A stretch of 64,000 nt of DNA, from NCBI GenBank assembly GCA_947259925.1, contig CAMYOG010000026.1, positions 24,196 through 88,195 on the forward strand. The letters are read 5' to 3'. This document shows, in pieces, positions 9,367 to 16,895 of this stretch (its first letter is position 1; each line of letters starts with the position of its first letter). Source of the DNA: Thermoanaerobaculia bacterium (GTDB taxonomy: Bacteria > Acidobacteriota > Thermoanaerobaculia > Multivoradales > JAHEKO01). Under the pieces are notes generated by a model. That model was not told the DNA's origin. It searched no databases and saw nothing but the letters and a program-made list of their open reading frames with translations. A program made the position numbers and the translations under genes.

Positions 9367-10236
9367 ATGTTCGAAGCCTCGGATCTCAACGAGAGGAATC
9401 GGCGGGTCGAGCGCCTGTGGCGCCTGCTCTTCCTGGTGATGACCGTGCTCCTGATCGTGCCGGTCGTCGTCATCCTGTCGGTCCTGATCCACAAGGGCGG
9501 CCCGGTCTTGTCGATCGATTTCCTCTTTACCGAGCCGGTCCAGGGGATGACGGCGGGCGGGATCTTTCCGGCTCTGGTCGGCACCGTCTGGCTGGTCACG
9601 GTCGCGCTGCTGGCGTCCGTCCCGATCGGCGTCGCCGCGGCTCTGTACCTGAGCGAGTACGCCCCCGACAACTGGCTCACCCGCGCCATCAACCTGGCGA
9701 TCATCAACCTCGCGGGCGTGCCGTCGATCGTCCACGCCCTCTTCGGCGTCGGCGCGTTCGTCCTCTTCTTCAGGTTCGGCACCAGCATCCTGGCGGCGAG
9801 CCTCACCCTCGCGATCATGACCCTGCCAGTGGTGATCGTCGCCACGCGCGAGTCGCTCCAGGCCGTGCCACAGGCATTCCGCGAGGCCTGCTGGAACATG
9901 GGCGCGACCCGCTGGCAGACCATCCGTCGCGTGGTCCTTCCCAACTCGATCAGCGGGATTCTGACCGGAGTGATCCTGGAGGTCTCGCGCACCGCTGGCG
10001 AGACCGCCCCGATCATGTTCACCGGTGCCGCGTTCTTCCTACCCTTTCTTCCGCAGAGCGTCTACGACCAGACCATGGCGATGTCGCTCCATCTGTTCGT
10101 CATTTCGACGCAGGTCCCCGGCGTTCCCGAGGCGTTGCCGTTCGGGGTCGCGCTGGTGCTGATCTCCATGGTCCTGGCGATGAACGCCATCTCGATCGCC
10201 TTCCGCATGCATCTGCGAAGTAAGAAGAAGTGGTAG
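9367..10236 (+). CDS. pstA: Phosphate ABC transporter permease PstA
   Basis: YLSEYA, NLAGVPSIV, GATRWQTI, SRTAGETAP. Confidence 0.93.
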   Translation: MFEASDLNERNRRVERLWRLLFLVMTVLLIVPVVVILSVLIHKGGPVLSIDFLFTEPVQGMTAGGIFPALVGTVWLVTVALLASVPIGVAAALYLSEYAPDNWLTRAINLAIINLAGVPSIVHALFGVGAFVLFFRFGTSILAASLTLAIMTLPVVIVATRESLQAVPQAFREACWNMGATRWQTIRRVVLPNSISGILTGVILEVSRTAGETAPIMFTGAAFFLPFLPQSVYDQTMAMSLHLFVISTQVPGVPEALPFGVALVLISMVLAMNAISIAFRMHLRSKKKW

Positions 10237-11006
10237 CCGCCGAGCCCCAGGCACGACCCCTGCTGGAAGTTCGGGATCTTGCGATCCGCTATGGCGACAC
10301 GCTCGCCCTCAGCGGCGTCACCCTCGAGGTCCAGAAGCACGAGATCTTCGGCATCATCGGTCCCGCCGGGAGCGGCAAGACCTCCTTTCTCCGCACTCTC
10401 AATCGGATGGACCAGTTCACGCCGTCGATGTCGGTGGACGGTGAGATCCGCTTCAACGGCCGCGACATTCGCCGCTGGCGCAACGTCTACTCGCTCCGCC
10501 GCAAGATCGGAGTCGTATTCCCGCTGCCAGTCGGCCTGCCGCTGAGCGTCTACGACAACGTCGCTCTCTCGCCTCGGCTGGGCGGCATCAAGAAGAAGGC
10601 CGATCTCGACGTGATCGTCGAGCGCTGCCTGCGCCGAGCCGCCCTCTGGGACGAGGTCAAGGACCGGCTCGACTCGCTGGGGAGTCTCCTGTCGGGTGGT
10701 CAACAGCAGCGTCTGACCATCGCCCGGGCGCTCTCCCAGGGCCCGGAGCTCCTGCTGCTCGACGAGTTCTCGATCGCGGTCGACCCGGTGACCACCATGC
10801 GGATCGAGGACGTGCTCAAGGAGCTGCGCCAGGAGATCACCATCGTCCTGGTCACCAACCTGGTGCAGCAGGCGCGCCGGCTGGCCGACCGGACCGCCTT
10901 CTTCCTGACCGGCGAGTGCGTCGAGATCGCCGAGACCGAGCGCATGTTCACCCGTGAGGTTCAGGACGAGCGCACGCGTGACTACGTGGAGGGTCGGTTT
11001 GGCTAG
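10230..11006 (+). CDS. pstB: PstB-like ABC ATPase 1 (intact signature; degenerate Q-loop, D-loop and H-switch)
   Basis: GPAGSGKT, LNRM, LSGGQQQRL, LLLDEFSIAVD, VTNLVQQARR, TRDYVEGRFG. Confidence 0.88.
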   Translation: MVAAEPQARPLLEVRDLAIRYGDTLALSGVTLEVQKHEIFGIIGPAGSGKTSFLRTLNRMDQFTPSMSVDGEIRFNGRDIRRWRNVYSLRRKIGVVFPLPVGLPLSVYDNVALSPRLGGIKKKADLDVIVERCLRRAALWDEVKDRLDSLGSLLSGGQQQRLTIARALSQGPELLLLDEFSIAVDPVTTMRIEDVLKELRQEITIVLVTNLVQQARRLADRTAFFLTGECVEIAETERMFTREVQDERTRDYVEGRFG

Positions 11007-11784
11007 CGCCGAGGCCGTCTCCGACATCGCGATCGAGACCCGGCAGGTCAACCTCTGGTACGGGACGTTCCAGGCGCTGTTCGACGTCGATCTCCAGATC
11101 CCGCGCGGCAGGATCACCTCGATGATCGGCCCGTCGGGGTGCGGTAAGACAACTTTCTTGCGCAGCGTGAATCGGATCAACGAACGGCTCGGCTATGTGC
11201 GCACGACCGGCTCGATCGAGGTGCTGGGCTACGACATCTACGCACCTGACGTCGAGCTGGTGCAGGTGCGCAAGCGGATCGGTATGGTCTTCCAGCGGCC
11301 GAACCCACTCCCTCTTTCAATCCGCGACAATGTGGTGTTCGGCTATCGGGTCCATTCGGGTCGCAGGAAGATCCCGCAAACGGAGCTGGACGAGCTGGTC
11401 GAGTCGGCGCTCCGTCAAGTGCTCTTGTGGGACACGGTGAAGGACCGCCTGGACCGGCAGGCTACCGAGCTGTCGCTCGAGGAGCAGCAGAAGCTGTGCA
11501 TCGCCCGCCTCCTGCCGGTGAAGCCGGCTGTGCTCCTGATGGACGAGCCGTGCTCGGCTCTCGACCCGAAGGGCACCGAGGCGGTCGAGGAGTTGATTTG
11601 GCAGCTCAGGGGCGACTACACGATCCTCATTGTGACGCACAACATGGCGCAGGCGCGGCGAGCGAGCGAAGAATGTATCTTCATGTTGCTGGGCAAGGTC
11701 GTCGAGCACGCTCCGACCGACGAGATCTTCGTGACCCCGCGCAACCAGGAGACCGCCGACTACATCGAGGGCCGCTACGGGTAG
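10999..11784 (+). CDS. pstB: PstB-like ABC ATPase 2 (degenerate signature LSLEEQQ)
   Basis: GPSGCGKT, GMVFQRPNP, LLMDEPCSALDP, VTHNMAQA, DYIEGRYG; TTG start after GGAGG. Confidence 0.9.
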   Translation: MASAEAVSDIAIETRQVNLWYGTFQALFDVDLQIPRGRITSMIGPSGCGKTTFLRSVNRINERLGYVRTTGSIEVLGYDIYAPDVELVQVRKRIGMVFQRPNPLPLSIRDNVVFGYRVHSGRRKIPQTELDELVESALRQVLLWDTVKDRLDRQATELSLEEQQKLCIARLLPVKPAVLLMDEPCSALDPKGTEAVEELIWQLRGDYTILIVTHNMAQARRASEECIFMLLGKVVEHAPTDEIFVTPRNQETADYIEGRYG

Positions 11785-11830
11785 AGTCGATCACGATGCC
11801 TACGTCGAGGGCTGGCCGAGGGAGGGGCGC

Positions 11831-12226
11831 ATGACCGAACCCAGACTGACCGACGTTCCTGGCGTGGGAGAGGCGACCGCGAAGGCCCTCGCCGCGGTGG
11901 GGATCGGTAACGCCGGCGATCTGGCCCGGGCCTCGACGGCCACGTTGACGGCGGTGCGGGGGCTCGGTCCCTCGAGAGCCGCCTCGATTCGAACGGCTGC
12001 CCGCTCGCTCCTCGAGACCGACTCGGACGGGTCCCACCCCGGACTCGACACGGTCCCAAGCAAGAAGAAGAAGAGAGACAAGAAGAAGGACAAGAAAAAG
12101 GACAAGCGGAAGCGCAAGAAGAAGCGCAAGGACAAGCGAAAGAAGAAGGACAAGAAGGGCGGGAAAGGCAAGAAGGACAAGAAGCGAGGCAAGGGAAAGA
12201 AGAAGAGGAAGAAGAACAAGAAGTAG
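11831..12226 (+). CDS. Helix-hairpin-helix protein with poly-Lys/Arg C-terminal tail
   Basis: Two HhH motifs (LTDVPGVGEATA, LTAVRGLGPSRA); last 54 aa contain 42 K/R; GGAGG SD. Confidence 0.85.
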   Translation: MTEPRLTDVPGVGEATAKALAAVGIGNAGDLARASTATLTAVRGLGPSRAASIRTAARSLLETDSDGSHPGLDTVPSKKKKRDKKKDKKKDKRKRKKKRKDKRKKKDKKGGKGKKDKKRGKGKKKRKKNKK

Positions 12227-12247
12227 CGATTCGCGCTACCCTACGGC

Positions 12248-13024
12248 ATGCTCGAAGCGCTCGATCTCAGCAAGAGCCTGGCCAAATCGGTCTACAAGCA
12301 GCAGCTACCCGCCCTCCAGATGCGGCTGCATCGCCTCCAGAGAGCGTGCTGGGAGGCGAAGGTGGCGACGGTGGTCGTCTTCGAAGGCTGGGATGCCGCC
12401 GGCAAGGGCACCACGATCCGCAAGCTCACCCAGCGCCTGGAGCCACGTGGCTTCTCCCTCTACGCCATCCAGGAGCCGAGGACGTTCGAGCGGCAGCTGC
12501 CCTGGATGTGGCGCTTCTGGGTCAACCTGCCGGAATGGGGAGAGATCGCTATCTTCGACCGCAGCTGGTACGGCCGGGTCTTGATCGAGCGCGTCGAGGC
12601 TCTGACCGAGGAAGAGCACTGGCGCAAGGCCTACGGAGACATCGTCTCCTTCGAGCGGGGCCTGGCGGACGACCGGTACCTAATCATCAAGTTCTTCTTC
12701 CACATCTCCAGGGAGGAGCAAGAGGCGCGCTTCCAGCAGCTCGAGAGCGACCCAGCGACCGCCTGGCAGGTCGAGCCGGAGGACTGGGAGCATCACCGGA
12801 ACTACGACCAGTACCTGGTCGCCATCGAGGAGATGCTCGAGCGCTCGGAGAGCGAGTGGGGGCCGTGGACGCTGGTCGAGGCGACCGACCACAGATGGGC
12901 TCGGGTCAAGGTGTTCGAGAAGCTCATCCAGCGGATGGAGGCGGGGCTGACCCACCACGGCTTGGCCGTGCCCGAGCCGCTGGAGGCCGAGCTGTTCTCG
13001 AGCGAGGAGGAGGACGAGGATTAG
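12248..13024 (+). CDS. ppk2: Polyphosphate kinase 2 family protein (copy A, acidic tail)
   Basis: VFEGWDAAGKG, LEPRG, WRFW, FDRSWYGRVLIERV, KFFFHIS. Confidence 0.9.
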   Translation: MLEALDLSKSLAKSVYKQQLPALQMRLHRLQRACWEAKVATVVVFEGWDAAGKGTTIRKLTQRLEPRGFSLYAIQEPRTFERQLPWMWRFWVNLPEWGEIAIFDRSWYGRVLIERVEALTEEEHWRKAYGDIVSFERGLADDRYLIIKFFFHISREEQEARFQQLESDPATAWQVEPEDWEHHRNYDQYLVAIEEMLERSESEWGPWTLVEATDHRWARVKVFEKLIQRMEAGLTHHGLAVPEPLEAELFSSEEEDED

Positions 13025-13025
13025 G

Positions 13026-13739
13026 ATGCTCTCCACCGTCGATCTCACTCTCAACCTGGACCGCGCTGACTACAAGAAGCAGCTGCTCGAGTGTCAGCTG
13101 GAGCTACGCAAGCTGGCGCTCGAGCTCTACCAGCAGAAGCGTTCGCTGGTGGTGGTGGCCGAGGGTTGGGACGCCGCCGGCAAGGGGGGCTCGATCCGCC
13201 GGGTTACGGAGAAGATCGACCCGCGTGGATACCAGGTCTACGCGATCAGTGCCCCGGGAGCCGAGGGCAAGAGCCATCACTACCTCTGGCGCTTCTGGCG
13301 ACGGTTGAAGGCGCCGGTCGAAAAGCAGATTCTGATCTTCGACCGCTCCTGGTACGGCCGCGTCCTGGTCGAGCGGGTCGAGGGCTTCGCCACCGAAGAG
13401 GAGTGGCGGCGTGCCTACCGCGAAATCAACGAGTTCGAGCGCCAGCTGACCGATCATGGGATGACCCTGGTCAAGCTCTGGTATCACATCAGTAAGGACG
13501 AGCAGCTGCGCCGGTTCGAAGCCCGGAGAGAGACGCCCCACAAGGCCTGGAAGCTGACCGACGAAGATTGGCGCAATCGAGACAAGTGGGAAGCCTACGA
13601 GGCGGCGGTCGACGACATGCTGGTCAAGACCTCGACCCTGACCGCCCCCTGGACCGTGATCGAGGGGAACGACAAGCTCTGGGCTCGCATCAAGACCCAG
13701 AGGACGTTGATAGAGGCGCTCACAGAGGCTCTTGCGTGA
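13026..13739 (+). CDS. ppk2: Polyphosphate kinase 2 family protein (copy B; like the C-terminal half of polyP:AMP phosphotransferase)
   Basis: EGWDAAGKG, DPRGY, HYLWRFW, FDRSWYGRVLVERVEG, WKLTDEDWRNR, APWTVIEGNDK. Confidence 0.92.
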   Translation: MLSTVDLTLNLDRADYKKQLLECQLELRKLALELYQQKRSLVVVAEGWDAAGKGGSIRRVTEKIDPRGYQVYAISAPGAEGKSHHYLWRFWRRLKAPVEKQILIFDRSWYGRVLVERVEGFATEEEWRRAYREINEFERQLTDHGMTLVKLWYHISKDEQLRRFEARRETPHKAWKLTDEDWRNRDKWEAYEAAVDDMLVKTSTLTAPWTVIEGNDKLWARIKTQRTLIEALTEALA

Positions 13740-13841
13740 GTCGCTTGTCGGCCCCCGCGATCAACGGGCCCGGTCGATTCGTCGTGCTACAGTTTTTTAC
13801 TCTCGCATGAGCTCTCCCCTGCCGATCGGCTCACCGCGGCC

Positions 13842-16322
13842 ATGACAGGCAAGCACGAAGCTCCCAGCACCAGCGACGACAAGGGCCGGCGGCGGCAGCT
13901 CATGGTGGTCTGCACCGGAGGCCTCCGGCAGCGCTTCCTGCGCGGAATGATCACCCGAGACCTGGTGCTGCGCGGCCTCGGTTTCGAGGACGCCTACGCC
14001 GTGGCGCGGGCGATTCGGGACGAGCTCTCAGACCGCGAGGAGGTGACGACCGACGAGATCCAGGATCTCATCTCCGCCCGGTTGGAGATGATGTTCGGCA
14101 GCGACATCCCGGATCGGCTCACCTTCCCCGGTCGGCCTCTCTCGGAGATCCGTGTCGTCTACGAGGGGCAGGAGCAGCCGTTCTCACGCGGCCTGCTCGC
14201 CCGCAGCGTCTATGCGGCGGGCATCGATCTGGACCGTGCCTACGGACTGCTGACCGAGCTCGAAGCCGAGCTTCGCCAGGAGGGGGTCGACCGGCTGGCC
14301 TCGGGCGAGATAGCCCGCCGGGTCGCCGATCTGTTGGAGCGCAAGGAGGGACCGGAAGCGGCTCGGCGATACCGTACCGTGCGCCGGATCGGTCGGCTGG
14401 CGAAGCCTCTGATCATCTACATCGGCGGTGCCAGCGGCACCGGCAAGTCGACCCTGGCGCTCGAGCTCGCACCGCTCCTCCGGATCTACCGGATCAACGC
14501 CACCGACACCATCCGCCAGGTCATGCGAATGGTCTTCACGCCGTCGATCTTGCCGGCTATTCACACCTCCAGCTTCGAGGTCGCGCACCTTCCCGAGCCC
14601 GCCTCCGGCCCGCCCGGCCCGACGAGGCCCGGTGATCCGGACTTCGGCTCCCGGGTCATTCAGAGCTACGAGGAGCAGACCATCCGGGTGATCGTCGGGA
14701 TCCGGGCGGTCGTCGAGCGCGCGATCGCCGAGAACCTGAGCCTGATCGTCGAAGGGGTGCATGTCCATCCGGGGCTGGTACCGTTCGCGGACTTGCAGGG
14801 CTCGGCCCACCAGGTCGCTCTGGTCCTCGCGACCCTGCACGAGGAGGACCACCGGGCGCGCTTCCTCGCCCGGTCGCGCGCCGGTGGCCGCAAGGCGGAG
14901 CGCTATCTAGAGAGCTTCGGGGCGATCCGCGAGATCCACGATCACATCCTGCAGGAGGCGGAGCGGCGTGAGGTGCCGCTCCTGGACAACCCGGCGGGAG
15001 AGTCCCCGGTCGGACCTACTCTGGGCCTGATCACCAGCATGCTGGAGCACACGACGCCCAGCCTCGGCCTGGGCGAATGGCCCGACCTGGCCCCCTCGGC
15101 CGCGACGCTGCTGCTGATCGTCGACGGGTTGGCCGATCGGCCGATCCGCGCACTCGGTGGACGGACGCCGCTGCAGGCCGCCGACACGCCGACGCTCGAC
15201 CGACTGGCGAAGGATGGCCAGTGCGGCCTGGCCGATCCGATCGCCCCGGGCGTGGTCGCCGACACCGCCGCGGGCTGTCTGGCACTCTTCGGACAGTCGC
15301 CGATGAGTCTCAAGCGGGGTCCGACCGAAGCGCTCGGAGCGAGCCTGCCGATGAGTCCCGGAGATGTCGCGCTGCGCGGCAACTTCGCCACCCTCGGCGA
15401 GAACGGGCAGATCATCGACCGCCGGGCCGGCCGGATCCGCGAAGGGGCCGCGGAACTGGCCGCAGCGATCGACCATCTGGCCCTGCCCGGCGGCCTCTCG
15501 CGCGAGGTCGAGGTCCGCGTGCGGGCGGGAACCGAGCACCGCCTGGGCGTCGTTCTCCGGGGCACCACCCTCTCACCCGCCATCCAGGGCAGCGACCCGG
15601 GCGAGGGAGCGCTGCCCAGCCCACCCCTGGTTCCGCGACCGGACGACCCCGATGACGCCCTGGCGGTCTACACCGCCAACGTCCTGGCGGTGTTCGAGCA
15701 GGAGGCTCGACGGGTGCTGGCGAATCACAAGATCAATCGCAAGCGCAAGAAGGACGGGCTCCCCCAGGCCAACGCCGTCCTGACCCGTGGTGCCGGGCGG
15801 ATCCACAGCCTGCTGCCGCTCGAGGAGGCGGGCGTTCCCCTACGGGTCTGCTGTATCAGCGGCGATCAGACCGTGTTGGGACTGGCCCGCTGGTCGGGAG
15901 CCAGGACCCGAACCACTCCGGAGATGACCGCCAACCTCGACACCGATCTGCGGCAGAAATTCGACATCGCCCGCGAGGAGCTCGAGCGGAGCGACCTGGT
16001 GCTGCTGCACGTCAAGGGAGCCGATATCGCCGCCCACGACCAGCGCCCCGACCTCAAGGCGTCGTTCATCGAGCAGATAGACAAGAACCTGAATCGCATG
16101 TTGAAGCGCGTCACCGGGCCGGTACGCATCGCGGTCGCGTCGGATCACGCCACCCTCTCGGAGAGCGGTCAGCACGCCGCCGATCCGCTGCCAGTCTTGA
16201 TCTGGGGAGAGGGCGTCGAGGCCGACGAGATCGAGACCTTCGACGAGCAGTCGGCCGGCGGCGGCAAGCTCGAGCGGTTTCCGCTCCAACTGCTGCTCAG
16301 CCGGCTCTACCGGCTCTCCTGA
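13842..16322 (+). CDS. Fusion: two ATP-cones + 2-phosphoglycerate kinase + ApgM-type (alkaline phosphatase superfamily) phosphoglycerate mutase
   Basis: ATP-cone-like repeats (FLRGMITRDL..AYAVA; PFSRGLLARS..AYGLL); 2PGK motifs GGASGTGKST, TDTIRQVMR, IHTSSF, VEGVH; ApgM motifs IVDGLADRP, TPLQAADTP, ALRGNFAT, DRRAGRI, HVKGADIAAHD, ASDHAT, HAADP. Confidence 0.85.
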   Translation: MTGKHEAPSTSDDKGRRRQLMVVCTGGLRQRFLRGMITRDLVLRGLGFEDAYAVARAIRDELSDREEVTTDEIQDLISARLEMMFGSDIPDRLTFPGRPLSEIRVVYEGQEQPFSRGLLARSVYAAGIDLDRAYGLLTELEAELRQEGVDRLASGEIARRVADLLERKEGPEAARRYRTVRRIGRLAKPLIIYIGGASGTGKSTLALELAPLLRIYRINATDTIRQVMRMVFTPSILPAIHTSSFEVAHLPEPASGPPGPTRPGDPDFGSRVIQSYEEQTIRVIVGIRAVVERAIAENLSLIVEGVHVHPGLVPFADLQGSAHQVALVLATLHEEDHRARFLARSRAGGRKAERYLESFGAIREIHDHILQEAERREVPLLDNPAGESPVGPTLGLITSMLEHTTPSLGLGEWPDLAPSAATLLLIVDGLADRPIRALGGRTPLQAADTPTLDRLAKDGQCGLADPIAPGVVADTAAGCLALFGQSPMSLKRGPTEALGASLPMSPGDVALRGNFATLGENGQIIDRRAGRIREGAAELAAAIDHLALPGGLSREVEVRVRAGTEHRLGVVLRGTTLSPAIQGSDPGEGALPSPPLVPRPDDPDDALAVYTANVLAVFEQEARRVLANHKINRKRKKDGLPQANAVLTRGAGRIHSLLPLEEAGVPLRVCCISGDQTVLGLARWSGARTRTTPEMTANLDTDLRQKFDIAREELERSDLVLLHVKGADIAAHDQRPDLKASFIEQIDKNLNRMLKRVTGPVRIAVASDHATLSESGQHAADPLPVLIWGEGVEADEIETFDEQSAGGGKLERFPLQLLLSRLYRLS

Positions 16323-16834
16323 GCAGCCCCGCCGCGCGCAAAGCGCGCCAGCGTCTTCGGCGTGCACAGCCACACCAGGGTACCGATCCCGAACTTGGCT
16401 TCCGACCACCGATCGATCGGTAGGTCGACGCGCGCTGTGGCCGCAGTGACCATCCTGACCTCGGCACAGCCGATCAGCCGCCCCACGCTCTCGGACCAGA
16501 CCGGTTCGTGACCGGCCAGCATCAGCCGTTCGATCGCGTCGTCCGCACCCTGGACAGCAGTCAGCAGCTCCTCGGGAGAGCCACCGTAGAGGCGATCGAC
16601 GACCTCGACGTCGCACGACCAGCTCCCCGCGTCGGCTGCGAGCTCGACCGTCGAGCGAGCTCGCACCGCCGGCGAGGTGAAGACCGCGTCCGGAGCCTGA
16701 CCGATCGCCCCCAGGAATCTACCGATGGTCGCCGCGGCCCGGCGCCCGCGCGGGGCGAGCCGTCGCTCGCGGTCGCTCGCGAACTCGCCCGACCAGTCGG
16801 ATTTGGCGTGTCTCAGGAGGTAGAGGTGTCGCAT
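16307..16834 (-). CDS. sixA: SixA-type phosphohistidine phosphatase
   Basis: LLRHAKSDW, SPAVRA, AGHEP; histidine phosphatase superfamily; 3' end overlaps convergent gene by 16 bp. Confidence 0.88.
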   Translation of the reverse strand: MRHLYLLRHAKSDWSGEFASDRERRLAPRGRRAAATIGRFLGAIGQAPDAVFTSPAVRARSTVELAADAGSWSCDVEVVDRLYGGSPEELLTAVQGADDAIERLMLAGHEPVWSESVGRLIGCAEVRMVTAATARVDLPIDRWSEAKFGIGTLVWLCTPKTLARFARGGAAQESR

Positions 16835-16864
16835 CGATCACTGAGGCGGCGGGACCACCGCCGG

Positions 16865-16890
16865 TATACTAAAGCTTCCAATCGCGGAGG
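16865..16890 (+). promoter_or_regulatory. Putative -10 box (TATACT) and SD (GGAGG) for ppk1
   Basis: TATACT 16865-16870; GGAGG 16886-16890, 5 nt before CTG 16896. Confidence 0.5.
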
Positions 16891-16895
16891 TCACA

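Noticed and set aside
11800-12219. Phe/Leu-rich 'membrane protein' on the minus strand
   Set aside because: It is simply the antisense of the AAG-rich poly-Lys tail; the + strand ORF has an SD, HhH motifs and operon context.
12062-12223. AAG-rich low-complexity tract as a microsatellite or CRISPR-like repeat
   Set aside because: In-frame Lys codons with synonymous and amino-acid variation; no repeat-spacer structure.
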